A DNA stretch of 64,000 nucleotides from Candidatus Marinacidobacterales bacterium (GCA_965226495.1 OZ245365.1:1504001-1568000), one strand, 5' to 3'; positions 1 through 9,233 are shown, numbered from the stretch's first letter. The notes: generated by a model not told the origin, from the letters alone. Program-made: numbers and translations.

Positions 1-1044
1 GGCGTCGACGGAACGTTCGAGATCATCCGCCAGCTACAGGGTTACGAGCTTTCAGCGGCGGCTTGGGAGTCTCGTATTCTTTCCGCTCGGCTGGGCCGAT
101 ACGAATCGGATCTCTTGGATCGGCTCTGCCTTTCCGGAGAAGTCATGTGGGGAAGATTATCGCGGCATCCCGCTTTCAGCGCATCCGGTGACACTAACGG
201 CGGCAACGGCCGGCGGGTTCGACCGACTCGCGTCGCTCCGCTCTCGATCTTCCTCCGCGAAGACGCGGAGTGGTTGCTAGGCGTTGCGAAAGCCGCCGGT
301 CCCGGTGAGCTGGAAACAGCGGCGCTATCGCATCCCGCGCGCGAGGTGTTGGGCGAGTTGGAACGCCGCGGAGCCTCTTTTTTCGAGGAGCTGAGGCGGG
401 GAACGGGTCGTTTGGCGAGCGAAGTGGAAGATTCGTTATGGGAGCTTCTGGCGGCAGGTTTGGTATCGGCGGACGGTTTCGAGAACCTCCGTTCCCTTGT
501 CGACGCTAAGCGGCGGCGAGGCGAAGGCCGTGGTCGATTGGGCCGCCCCCGTCACGCCGCCGGACGGTGGGCGCTATTGCGAGCCATCCCCAGAGTAGGG
601 GACGTCGAGGAAACAGTCGCCGCCGATCCTGTCGAACGTTTCGCTAGGCAATTGTTGCGGCGTTGGGGAGTTGTTTTTCGAGATCTATTGGCCCGCGAGA
701 CCCTAGCTCCCGCATGGCGAGATTTGCTGGTCGTTTTCCGTCGTCTCGAGGCGAGAGGGGAGATCCGAGGTGGTCGCTTCGTGAGTGGCTTCCTGGGGGA
801 GCAGTTCGCGCTTCCGGAGTCCCTCGAGCTCCTACGGTCGGTGCGTAAGTCCAGCAAGGACGGCGAAGAGATTCGGCTCGCCGCCGCCGACCCTCTCAAT
901 CTTCTCGGTATCGTCCTGCCCGGTTCTCGACTGAGTGCGTTATCGGGCGAGGACCTCCGGCTTCGCGACGGTGTACCGTTCGAGCCCTCCGAGGCTACCG
1001 CGCACCCGACTGCTTTTGTGAGCACCAGCCGTGTTTCCATTTGA
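1..1044 (+). CDS. lhr: Lhr-family ATP-dependent helicase, C-terminal part (5' truncated by window)
   Basis: Frame open from base 1. Motifs QLQGYE..AWE, LDRLCLSGEV.WGR, RGASFF, LW.L..AGLV.ADGF, GRW, LLRRWGVVFRDL and RLEARGEIRGGRFV.GF.GEQFA are typical of the C-terminal region of large Lhr helicases. Confidence 0.85.
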   Translation, partial: GVDGTFEIIRQLQGYELSAAAWESRILSARLGRYESDLLDRLCLSGEVMWGRLSRHPAFSASGDTNGGNGRRVRPTRVAPLSIFLREDAEWLLGVAKAAGPGELETAALSHPAREVLGELERRGASFFEELRRGTGRLASEVEDSLWELLAAGLVSADGFENLRSLVDAKRRRGEGRGRLGRPRHAAGRWALLRAIPRVGDVEETVAADPVERFARQLLRRWGVVFRDLLARETLAPAWRDLLVVFRRLEARGEIRGGRFVSGFLGEQFALPESLELLRSVRKSSKDGEEIRLAAADPLNLLGIVLPGSRLSALSGEDLRLRDGVPFEPSEATAHPTAFVSTSRVSI

Positions 1045-1205
1045 AATCTGTCGGTAGCGCCACGGCATATTGGTCCGATCTCTTTGCTGTGCTACAATTG
1101 AGCCATCCTTCAACAAAGAATTTTCTCAACGATCGGCTTGGCCACAAATGCCGTTGGCAAAACCTTCGATAGAACATTTCTAGAAACCACGATGGAGGTG
1201 GGTGA

Positions 1206-1715
1206 ATGAAACGAGTCATGAATTGGTCGCTGGCGCTGGCTGCGATCGCAGGGTTGATGGTTGCAGCGAACGCCCATGCGCAGCGGAAAGGGCGCCAGGA
1301 AGACTACCAGAAGAAACTGCAAAGTAAGTTGGACTCCATGCTTGGGGAGAACATGACCGCGTATGCCGCACAGCTAAGCGAGGAGGGCGGGAAGCTCAAG
1401 AAGAAGGATCGGTGGAAGTGCGAAGTGAGAATGACCGACTCCGCCGACTACCCGGACAAGGCGGACGCCGAGATCAGCCTGACCATGCCTGTCGACGAAT
1501 TCAAAGAGTTCGCCCCGATTGCGGTTCTGGAGGCGGTCGCCGTTCCGCACAATTTCCCGGCCGGGAAGATCTACGTTCGGGAGACCGGAAGCCGGCGTGT
1601 CGGCTCCATCGACTTTCGGGCCGCTGACCCCATCGGTAACAAATACGGGACGGGTAAGCCGAACGCAATGGAGAAGGCTATCGCCGAGATGAACACGGCC
1701 CTCAAGTGGCATTAG
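1206..1715 (+). CDS. hypothetical secreted protein
   Basis: RBS GGAGG upstream; signal peptide ending AHA; no family recognised. Confidence 0.7.
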   Translation: MKRVMNWSLALAAIAGLMVAANAHAQRKGRQEDYQKKLQSKLDSMLGENMTAYAAQLSEEGGKLKKKDRWKCEVRMTDSADYPDKADAEISLTMPVDEFKEFAPIAVLEAVAVPHNFPAGKIYVRETGSRRVGSIDFRAADPIGNKYGTGKPNAMEKAIAEMNTALKWH

Positions 1716-1751
1716 GTCGATAGCTCGAACGCAAGACCAGGGACCGGCTGG

Positions 1752-2223
1752 CTACCTTCCTCTTCGGAGGTAGCGGCCGGTCCCATTTGTTTTTTTGTGA
1801 CCTACTCCCTCGGCCCTCCACTTTTCCAGGAGCGCAATCCACAAACGACCCGTTTCGTCGGTGTAGATCAACTGTCCGTCGGAGTAGACCTTAGCGAGGT
1901 CCTCCAGGCGGTGAGCAGTCGCCCACTCAATGACGGGTTGTAGCGCTATGTTGACCGATCGCATGAAGTCCGTCGACCGCGACGTCCCAACCGACCATAG
2001 CGCGAAACGCCTCGCGGTCGCCGCTGTAGCTTGCGTGTTGGTCGCGGATGACGAAGTCCTCGGCCAAGTGCGACATGGCTGCCTCAACATCATGGCTTTG
2101 AAGGGCGCGGGCAAAGGAGTCGAAGACGGCGCGGGTGTCCGAGGAAAGCGTGATGCCGGCAGCGAGCACAACTAAGCCGGCGATGGAGTACATGGTCTCG
2201 ACTCCCGAATCCAGCTCGAACAT
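1752..2223 (-). pseudogene. SnoaL/NTF2-like exported protein split by a frameshift or internal deletion near 1975
   Basis: The N-terminal frame (signal, F..A...HDVEAAMSHLAEDFV, WD.AV) stops at 1927. A second frame (DFMRSVNIALQPVIEWA...WIALLEKWRAEG) continues as protein-like sequence to 1752. Confidence 0.55.
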
Positions 2224-2240
2224 CCAGGTCTCCTTTCGAT

Positions 2241-2909
2241 TCACGAAGAAGTATTCTTGAGCTCAACGCCCAAATAGGCTAGGTAGGCTCGGCTGAGCTC
2301 GTCGATGAGTTGTTTGTCTGTTCGCTTCATCGGATTCCAGCCGGTCTGGCCGAGAAGAATCCAGTCGTGCAATGTCGCGAGAACGAGCTGGAAGCCGAAC
2401 TCCGTAGCTAGTACCGGATCGGGATGGGTTATGGCAGCCCGGAAGCATAGAAGTAGGTCCCGAACTTTCTCGAACACATAGGCGTTGAGCTCCGCGGTGC
2501 GCTTCGTCGTCGTTGCTTCGGGATGCGTACAGGCATGAAGTCCCAGGGCACGGAGGCGTTGCCCGTACTTGCGATGTCCACGCACCATGACGCGAACGAC
2601 CTCCCGTACAACGTCCTCCACGTGGGCACCTTCCCATCGGGCGGGGGAGAGTAGCTCGTCCCATTTCTGCCTACCCTCCTTCCAGATGCGCTCATCGAGG
2701 CACTGAAGTAGTGATTCCTTGCTGCGAAAGCGTGCATAGAAGGAGCCGACCGAAACGTCGGCCCGCGAGACGATCTCGGAGATGGAGATGCCATCGAGGC
2801 CTCTCTCGCAGATGAGCGCCTCGGCGGCGCTCACGATCCGGTCCAGAGTGTGTTGACTCCGTTCCTGTAAAGCTGGGTTGACTCCGTATGTCATTGAATC
2901 GGTTGCCAT
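2241..2909 (-). CDS. TetR/AcrR family transcriptional regulator
   Basis: Q.RSQ.T..RI..AA..L and HTH ISEIVSRADVSVGSFYARFRSKESL. Confidence 0.95.
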   Translation of the reverse strand: MATDSMTYGVNPALQERSQHTLDRIVSAAEALICERGLDGISISEIVSRADVSVGSFYARFRSKESLLQCLDERIWKEGRQKWDELLSPARWEGAHVEDVVREVVRVMVRGHRKYGQRLRALGLHACTHPEATTTKRTAELNAYVFEKVRDLLLCFRAAITHPDPVLATEFGFQLVLATLHDWILLGQTGWNPMKRTDKQLIDELSRAYLAYLGVELKNTSS

Positions 2910-2920
2910 TACTTTCTAAT

Positions 2921-2967
2921 CTAGAATTAGAATATTAATTCTAGTTCTATGGCGGGGGTTGTGTCAA
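2921..2967 (-). promoter_or_regulatory. sigma70-type promoter of tetR overlapped by a palindromic operator
   Basis: Minus strand TTGACA(2967-2962)-18 nt-TAGAAT(2943-2938). Inverted repeat CTAGAATTA-6 nt-TAATTCTAG at 2921-2944 overlaps the -10 element. Confidence 0.7.
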
Positions 2968-3028
2968 GTGTCCTATCGGCGCGCTCAGGTTGGTTGCTTT
3001 GGGCTTCTGAGCCTGTTAGCCTCGATTC

Positions 3029-3385
3029 ATGCGATGGTTATGGCTGCTTTCAGCGATGGTTGTTTTTGCGATCTCCTGTGGGGTTGCCGGCAAGAAGGCG
3101 CCTCCTGAGGAGACGGTGCTATCACTTCTTCGCGATGAGGCCCAGAAGCTGAAGATAGAAGGAGAGAACCTGGACCCATCGTACGGGGTCACGGCCAACT
3201 GGGAGATCGAGGACGTTCAAGTTCGCAAGCTGAACAAGGACGAATCCCAGCCATGGGGTGGCACCGTCCGGTTCAAGATCACGTCGCGGTTCCGGGAGCC
3301 GGACGGAATGACTTCACAAGAGGAATTCGTGAAGAACTTCGAATACGGTTGGGACATGGTGCTCGAGGGCTGGACGGTTCGCTAG
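3029..3385 (+). CDS. hypothetical lipoprotein
   Basis: Hydrophobic N-terminus with lipobox-like AISC. Confidence 0.7.
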   Translation: MRWLWLLSAMVVFAISCGVAGKKAPPEETVLSLLRDEAQKLKIEGENLDPSYGVTANWEIEDVQVRKLNKDESQPWGGTVRFKITSRFREPDGMTSQEEFVKNFEYGWDMVLEGWTVR

Positions 3386-3445
3386 AGGCGCCCGACCGGC
3401 TGGTTGGGCAGCAGGGCGTCCAAAATACGCGGGGAGACGTGGAAG

Positions 3446-3709
3446 ATGACCGATAAAAGGAACTGCGTCTACAACGCGAGCGGGGAGGCTCAAGCGCAGC
3501 AGATCCGTGCCTTCTTGGAGGCCAATGAGATCCCATGCTCGTTTCAGGGTGAAGCGCTGCGGAAGACTCACGGCTTCACCGTGGACGGTCTAGGCATGGT
3601 GGAAATCCACGTGCCCGAGGCGTTCGTGGAGCAGGCACGCGAGCTTCTGGCCGTCGCGGAGTCGGGCGAGCTGAGTCTTGCGGAAGACGAAGACGTCGAC
3701 GAAGCTTGA
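3446..3709 (+). CDS. DUF2007 / putative signal-transducing protein
   Basis: A..IRAFLEANEIPC...G.VEIHVPE...EQARELL pattern; start chosen at ATG 3446. Confidence 0.8.
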   Translation: MTDKRNCVYNASGEAQAQQIRAFLEANEIPCSFQGEALRKTHGFTVDGLGMVEIHVPEAFVEQARELLAVAESGELSLAEDEDVDEA

Positions 3710-3880
3710 AAACCCAGTGTGCAGCGTCCGATGCGTCGCCGACTGCCCCTGTTCGGGAAGAGGGCGCCTGCCGACATCGATAATGGTAACGCGACGTTTC
3801 GGCGTCGGCCAGGTCTAAGGCGCGCCCGCTTGGGTCGAAAGGGGGGCGCTCACCTGAACTCTAAGGGCATTCTGTCTGAC

Positions 3881-4273
3881 CTAGGCGATGCCCCGGCGGG
3901 GGCTAAGGTCAGTTTTGGCTGCCGCTTTGGTCGTAGTTTTGGCTGCCGCTTTGGTCGTAGTTTTGGCTGCCGCTTTGGTCGTAGTTTTGGCTGCCGCTTT
4001 GGTCGTAGTTTTGGCTGCCGCTTTGGTCGTAGTTTTGGCTGCCGCCTTGGTCGTAGTTTTCGATGTCGTGCTTGTCGCAGCCTTCTTGCGACCTCCCCTT
4101 CGGCGTTTCGGAGGGGGCTCGTCGCTAGACGCGAGGCTGACGATGTCGGTAACGAATTTTTTCTTCCCGTGCTCGTCAAACTCGATCGTTGTGTATTGTG
4201 GGTCGACCTCGGTGATGACACCCAGGCCGTATTTCTGGTGGTTCACTCTCGACGTAACTGGCATCGATTTCAT
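3881..4273 (-). CDS. stand-alone PcrA/UvrD-type Tudor domain with Lys/Ala/Thr histone H1-like tail
   Basis: RVNHQKYGLGVITEV...TIEFDEHGKKKF resembles the RV.H.KFG.G.V...V.F...G.K motif, followed by PPPKRRRGGRKK and (KTTTKAAA)x6. Confidence 0.7.
   Translation of the reverse strand: MKSMPVTSRVNHQKYGLGVITEVDPQYTTIEFDEHGKKKFVTDIVSLASSDEPPPKRRRGGRKKAATSTTSKTTTKAAAKTTTKAAAKTTTKAAAKTTTKAAAKTTTKAAAKTTTKAAAKTDLSPRRGIA
3911..4060. repeat. 24-bp coding tandem repeat, 6 copies plus a partial copy
   Basis: AGTTTTGGCTGCCGCTTTGGTCGT repeated head to tail without spacers; one substitution in the last full copy. Confidence 0.97.
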
Positions 4274-4397
4274 TGGGCTCTTTCTGAATAGGCGGACAGT
4301 AACGCAATATTCTATCCGCTTTGGCGGTCAATAGCAAGTCGTGTATTCGGTGCGTCTTACGGGGAGACTTTGCACCATATCCGCGTTAGGCTTCGGA

Positions 4398-5693
4398 TTA
4401 TCGTGTCGGGAAGTCGGTCGAGACTCCGAAGCCAAAGACGAGCCGATTCTTGGTAAACAGGAAGAAGTTCGACTGGCGATCCAGATAGTCGGCCGACACG
4501 TACGCCCTCCAGAATCCTCCAATACTATGGTTGATGCTCAGGGAGTAGATATCGAACCGATCCTCGATGGCTTGCTCGACCAGCTCTCCTTCGTTGTTGA
4601 TGATCTCCGTGGGCCGCGGATAGTTGTTTCGACCAATGATCACGCCGGGCGTGAAGTAAAAGGAGCGGGTAACCCAAACGTCGACCTCACCTCCGAAGCG
4701 GTGCTCGATGAAGTACCAATTCCCTGCTACCACTGACGGAAAGGTGTCGCGGGAGTAGATCGTCCTGACATCGAACCGCTCACCCATCTGTGTGAGCACA
4801 TCCACGGACCCGACGAGTCCCGAGTACTCGGGTTGTAGCACGAACTTGGGGACCATGTGCTTGTAGCCTATCAGCGCCTGCCCGCTCACGTTGGATTGCG
4901 GCCTGAATTCGAAACCGCCCTCCGCTCGGTAGGCCTGTCCGTCTCGTAGCGATGCGGCCTCATCGAAATCCATGAGCTGATACGACCCCTCGATGACCGC
5001 GGAGGTCTTCGAGCTGAGGTGTCGCGTAAAGCGAAGGGCGTAACTGTGCTCGGTTCGGTTCAGCAGCTCCGTTGAACGGAGCGGACTCGCGAACACGTCT
5101 TGATATTGGAGGCGATTGTGACGGTAGCCCAAAGTCAGTAGATGGCGTGTTCCGAGGGATAGGTCCATCTCTGCCAGGAGCGTGTTTTGTCGACGGTCGG
5201 CAGGAATGTCGAACTCGCTGGAGGGCCTCGTCTTTCCGTTCCGAAACTCGTCGTAAACCCGGAAGAGGATCTTCCTGCCTCCCACTGCGCCTCCCAGGCG
5301 CGTCACGTTGAAAATATCGCGCAAGCCTGCGACCTGGTTGTAGTAGACGAAATTCACTTCCTCATAGACCTCGAGGAGCGCGTGGTTTTTCAATGGAGTC
5401 ACGACGCGGATCCCAGGGGCGATCCTGGCGGCAAAGTCGTCGATCTGTTCGGTTGCGGAGGCCGAGGAGAGGCTGTTCGAGTCGTAGCCGGCCCCGATAC
5501 GGATCTGCGGTCTCATGCGGAAAGGGCCGAGCGTCCAGAGGCTTTCCTCGATCGCCGAGTCGATTTCAGCCTGCGTCAGGTGCTCGCTCTGCGCGAGAAC
5601 CGGCCATGCATTGAGAATGACTAGCAATGCCGCCGCTAGACTGCCAACGAGGATGGGTTTCGTGGTCAATCGTACTTGGCGCACTTGGCGCAT
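4398..5693 (-). CDS. outer-membrane beta-barrel protein, polysaccharide-export associated type
   Basis: Signal peptide (..VLA|Q), GPFR..P......YDSN N-terminal motif and alternating beta-strand pattern with a near-terminal Phe; start ATG 5693. Confidence 0.7.
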   Translation of the reverse strand: MRQVRQVRLTTKPILVGSLAAALLVILNAWPVLAQSEHLTQAEIDSAIEESLWTLGPFRMRPQIRIGAGYDSNSLSSASATEQIDDFAARIAPGIRVVTPLKNHALLEVYEEVNFVYYNQVAGLRDIFNVTRLGGAVGGRKILFRVYDEFRNGKTRPSSEFDIPADRRQNTLLAEMDLSLGTRHLLTLGYRHNRLQYQDVFASPLRSTELLNRTEHSYALRFTRHLSSKTSAVIEGSYQLMDFDEAASLRDGQAYRAEGGFEFRPQSNVSGQALIGYKHMVPKFVLQPEYSGLVGSVDVLTQMGERFDVRTIYSRDTFPSVVAGNWYFIEHRFGGEVDVWVTRSFYFTPGVIIGRNNYPRPTEIINNEGELVEQAIEDRFDIYSLSINHSIGGFWRAYVSADYLDRQSNFFLFTKNRLVFGFGVSTDFPTR

Positions 5694-5872
5694 TTGGTCA
5701 CCCGCGTGGAAGATAGGAACGTCCGGGTCAAGAGAGATCCCGAGGGCTCCCGCTTCGTTGAGTTTTTGTTCTGACTGGGAAAAGGAACTTCTAAAATTGT
5801 GCCATGGGTGTCGGGAAAAGGCAACACGAGGCAACTGTCACACCGCCCGAGCCATGGGGGCCCGGGTGGACA

Positions 5873-5901
5873 TTGACTTACTCGAACTCATTGAATATAT
5901 T
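5873..5901 (+). promoter_or_regulatory. sigma70-type promoter for sat-cysC
   Basis: TTGACT-17 nt-TATATT. Confidence 0.6.
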
Positions 5902-6058
5902 GAGCGATTGCAGGAGCGGCCCAACACCAAAGAATGGGGTGCGGGCCGCTTTCCTGCGTAGGAAGAGGTGGCGCGGAGCCGCCCGGAGGAGCCCAGGCGG
6001 CGTCTCTAGCCGACTGTCGGCCCATCCCACCAACTATTTCACTATCGAGGAGATTTTC

Positions 6059-7783
6059 GTGTCCACTCACGTTGTCGAGCCCCATGGGGGCTCACTACAG
6101 AATTTAATGGTTTCCGACGGGCGGGGTGCCGAGATCCAAGCCGCGTCCCGCGATTGGCCTTCCTGGGATCTCACGGGTCGGCAGCTCTGTGACCTCGAGT
6201 TGCTGCTCAACGGTGCCTTTTCACCTTTGAAGGGGTTCATGGGGCGGGCCGATTACGAAAAAGTCTGCGAGTCCATGCGACTAGCCAACGGCTTGCTCTG
6301 GCCCATTCCGATCGTGCTCGACGTGACGGAAGATGTGGCGAAAGGCCTCGAGTCCGGCTCCACCTTGGCGCTCCGGGATCCAGAAGGCGTCATGCTGGCG
6401 GCGTTGCACGTAGATGACGTATGGCAACCCGATCGCACTGCCGAAGTGAAGTCCGTATACGGGACGGAAAACCGCGAGCACCCAGGCGTCGCGCACGTAC
6501 TCGAGAGGACGAATCCGTACTATGTGGGTGGAAGACTCGAGGGTCTTCAGCTCCCGATTCATTACGATTTCGGTTCGCTTCGGCTAACGCCCGAAGAGCT
6601 TCGGGCCAATTTCTCCCGGCTCGGCTGGCGACGGGTGGTTGCGTTTCAAACTCGTAACCCGATGCATCGCGCACACTTCGAGCTGACCCTGCGAGCCGCC
6701 AAAGAGGCGGAGACCAACCTCTTGATCCATCCGGTCGTTGGAATGACCAAGCCGGGCGATTTGGATCACTACACCCGCGTTCGCTGTTATCAAGCACTAC
6801 TGCCTCACTACCCGAAGAACACTGTCAAGCTTTCTCTGCTGCCGTTGGCCATGCGTATGGGGGGGCCGAGAGAAGCGGTCTGGCACGCGATCATCCGCAA
6901 GAACTACGGGTGCACCCATCTCATCGTCGGACGAGACCATGCCGGTCCGGGTAGCGACTCGAAGGGGAAGCCCTTCTATGGACCCTACGACGCTCAGGAG
7001 CTTCTGAAGAAGCACGAGTCAGAAATCGGCGTCGAAATGGTTCCTTTCAAGATGGTCGTATACGTCGAGGAGCAAGATACCTATTTTCCGGTCGACGAGG
7101 TTTCGGAAGGAACGCGGACCCTCAATATTTCGGGAACCGAGTTGAGAGAGCGACTCGCCGGAGGTAGAGAGATTCCCGGCTGGTTTACCTTCCCCGACGT
7201 GGCGCAAGAGTTACAGCGTACCCATCCCCCACGACACAAGCAGGGATTCACCGTTTTCTTTACCGGGCTCTCCGGCGCTGGAAAGTCCACTATCGCCAAC
7301 GTGCTCCTGGTCAAGTTTCTGGAGCTGGGTGGCCGTCCGGTAACGCTTCTGGACGGAGACATTGTCCGCAAAAACTTGTCGTCTGAGCTGGGTTTTTCGA
7401 AAGAGCATCGAGACATCAACATCCTCCGTATCGGTTATGTGGCGTCCGAGATATCACAAAACGGCGGCATAGCCATCTGCGCTCCCATCGCTCCGTATGA
7501 GAACGTACGTCGCGAAGTGCGTAGCATGATCGAGAAGGTCGGCGGGTTCTGCCTGGTCCACATCGCGACGCCTCTCGAAGTTTGTGAGCAGCGGGATCGA
7601 AAGGGCATGTACGCCAAGGCTCGAGCGGGCATCATTAAAGAGTTCACAGGAATATCGGATCCCTATGAAGCACCTCCGGCGTCGGAGGTGACCGTCAACA
7701 CCACGGACATGAGCCCGGAGGAAGCGGCCAACCAGATCATGCTGCACCTGGAACGGCAGGGCTATATAGGCGTCACGAGCTAG
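6059..7783 (+). CDS. sat: bifunctional sulfate adenylyltransferase / adenylylsulfate kinase (Sat-CysC)
   Basis: QTRNPMHRAH and GRDHAG in the ATP sulfurylase part; GLSGAGKST, LLDGD and FTGISDPYE in the APS kinase part; GTG start with GAGGAG RBS. Confidence 0.96.
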   Translation: MSTHVVEPHGGSLQNLMVSDGRGAEIQAASRDWPSWDLTGRQLCDLELLLNGAFSPLKGFMGRADYEKVCESMRLANGLLWPIPIVLDVTEDVAKGLESGSTLALRDPEGVMLAALHVDDVWQPDRTAEVKSVYGTENREHPGVAHVLERTNPYYVGGRLEGLQLPIHYDFGSLRLTPEELRANFSRLGWRRVVAFQTRNPMHRAHFELTLRAAKEAETNLLIHPVVGMTKPGDLDHYTRVRCYQALLPHYPKNTVKLSLLPLAMRMGGPREAVWHAIIRKNYGCTHLIVGRDHAGPGSDSKGKPFYGPYDAQELLKKHESEIGVEMVPFKMVVYVEEQDTYFPVDEVSEGTRTLNISGTELRERLAGGREIPGWFTFPDVAQELQRTHPPRHKQGFTVFFTGLSGAGKSTIANVLLVKFLELGGRPVTLLDGDIVRKNLSSELGFSKEHRDINILRIGYVASEISQNGGIAICAPIAPYENVRREVRSMIEKVGGFCLVHIATPLEVCEQRDRKGMYAKARAGIIKEFTGISDPYEAPPASEVTVNTTDMSPEEAANQIMLHLERQGYIGVTS

Positions 7784-7811
7784 GTCGGTCGTCGAACTTG
7801 CACGCAATGGG

Positions 7812-7840
7812 TTGCCATTCAGGCGCTTTTCCCGTATCAT
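7812..7840 (+). promoter_or_regulatory. sigma70-type promoter downstream of sat
   Basis: TTGCCA-17 nt-TATCAT. Confidence 0.55.
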
Positions 7841-7845
7841 CGACA

Positions 7846-7949
7846 AGTTCACAAGCAAATAAGTTCTGCGGCCTGTCCGAAGTTATTGGTCGCAAAGAGT
7901 CCGGGCTCCCTTAGCCGGGAGTGCGGTGTGGCTCCTTTCTGAGCCTTTT
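7846..7949 (+). ncRNA. candidate sRNA or attenuator of about 100 nt
   Basis: Follows the promoter. Hairpins TGCGGCC/GGTCGCA and GCTCCC/GGGAGT, then terminator-like GGCTC-ctttct-GAGCC-TTTT. Confidence 0.4.
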
Positions 7950-7959
7950 CCCAACCAGT

Positions 7960-7996
7960 GCTTGGAGGGGCGGCACGTCGTGCCGTCCCTCCAAGC
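7960..7996. repeat. REP-like GC-rich palindrome
   Basis: GCTTGGAGGGGCGGCAC-gtc-GTGCCGTCCCTCCAAGC forms a 17-bp stem. Confidence 0.7.
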
Positions 7997-8026
7997 GTTG
8001 ACCCGCAAGATGGTCTCTTCTTCCGC

Positions 8027-8164
8027 TAATCCCTCTCCCTTTGGGAGAGGGCCTGGGTGAGGGTGGAACGCTCTTCATCCGTTAATGCCTAACCCCTCAC
8101 GGTAGACTGCGGCCGTCAAGATACGCTGTGCCAAAGAAAAACGTTGCCAGACGGCGGGTGAGGG
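8027..8164. repeat. two members of the dispersed CCCTCTCCC/GGGAGAGGG..GGGTGAGGG REP-like family
   Basis: 8027-8063 is nearly identical to 45312-45346; the 19-mer GCCAGACGGCGGGTGAGGG (8146-8164) is identical to 47115-47133. Confidence 0.8.
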
Positions 8165-8311
8165 CAACGGTCGTCTTCGTGGCCGGCGTTCAAAACCATC
8201 CTCACATTCGCAACAGCTTCCGCGGCGGGTGGAACGGCCGGGTAGGTTAGAATGTTCTTCGGCTCTCCCGTGAGCAAATCGAGATTTCATTGAGGAACAG
8301 GTGACTTTGTT

Positions 8312-9094
8312 GTGAGCAACCATGATGTGGAGGCGCGGAGAGAGGATCTCGAGCGCATCAAGAAGGCGCTAGACGAGTCGGCGCGAATCGCTAGTTCTTT
8401 TACGCCGGACAGATTCGAGACCGAGCAGAAGGGGTCTCGTGGTCCCGTCACGGCAGCTGACCGTGCGGTGAACGAGTTTCTACTGGAGACACTTCCTCGC
8501 GACGGGGACGGTTGGCTCTCGGAGGAAACCGTCGATGAGCCCAGCCGTCTGGATCGGCGGAGGGTTTGGGTTGTCGATCCCATCGACGGCACGTTGGAGT
8601 TCGTAGAAGGAATCCCCGAATGGTGTGTCTCGATTGGGCTCGTGGAGGACGGGCGGGCAGTGGCGGGGGGGATTTGCAATCCCGCCGCCGGCGAGGTCTT
8701 CCTTGGCTCGGTGGAGACAGGCATCAGCTTTAACGGCGAGGCGTTGGAGGTTCCCGTGCGACGGGACACCCAGGACCAATTGGTTCTTGCGAGTCGCAGT
8801 GAGATTAAGCGCGGGGAATGGGCCGCCTACGAGAGTCGAGGGTTCACGATTCAACCGATGGGCTCGGTGGCCTATAAGTTGGCTCGAGTGGCGGCAGGAC
8901 TAGCCAATGCGACGTGGACGCTGGTTCCCAAGCATGAGTGGGACGTAGCCGCTGGAGCGGCACTCGTCGTCGCTTCGGGCGGCGTCGTGAAGACGCTCGG
9001 GGGGGAGGTACCGGTTTTCAACCGCTCCAAGCCCAAACTCACAGGCCTCTTGGCCTTTGGTCCCGGCCAAGAGCACCTTTTCGAAACAGCCTAG
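8312..9094 (+). CDS. cysQ: 3'(2'),5'-bisphosphate nucleotidase CysQ (inositol monophosphatase family)
   Basis: PVTAAD, LSEE, VDPIDGT, MGSVAYK and K.EWDVAAG; next to sat-cysC. Confidence 0.9.
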   Translation: MSNHDVEARREDLERIKKALDESARIASSFTPDRFETEQKGSRGPVTAADRAVNEFLLETLPRDGDGWLSEETVDEPSRLDRRRVWVVDPIDGTLEFVEGIPEWCVSIGLVEDGRAVAGGICNPAAGEVFLGSVETGISFNGEALEVPVRRDTQDQLVLASRSEIKRGEWAAYESRGFTIQPMGSVAYKLARVAAGLANATWTLVPKHEWDVAAGAALVVASGGVVKTLGGEVPVFNRSKPKLTGLLAFGPGQEHLFETA

Positions 9095-9103
9095 TCAAGA
9101 AGA

Positions 9104-9212
9104 CCGACGAGAGCCTTCAGCCCGGGCCTTCTCATCAATGCCGCGGGGCCCCACCCCCACGGCTGTCCCTCCGCCGGCAAGCGGCTTCGGGACGGCTGAA
9201 GGCTCTCGCCGG
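9104..9212. repeat. MITE-like 109-bp element with 19-bp terminal inverted repeats
   Basis: CCGACGAGAGCCTTCAGCC (9104-9122) and GGCTGAAGGCTCTCGCCGG (9194-9212) match at 18/19; the interior contains GCGGGGCCCCACCCCC. Confidence 0.6.
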
Positions 9213-9233
9213 CCGCTCGCACCTGAACCCGCT

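Noticed and set aside
3911-4060. 24-bp repeats as a CRISPR array
   Set aside because: The units are contiguous with no spacers, in frame within a CDS, and no cas genes are present.
5804-6058. N-terminal extensions in the ORF track for sat (also 5694-5834, 38647-38934, 53274-53462)
   Set aside because: They overlap promoters or neighbouring genes; homology and RBS support the downstream starts.
7894-7910. AAAGAGTCCGGGCTCCC resembling the RNase P RNA 5' motif (GAGGAAAGTCCGGGCTCC)
   Set aside because: The motif is imperfect and the downstream RNase P elements (AGTGCCACAGAAA, ACAGAACCCGGCTTA) are absent.
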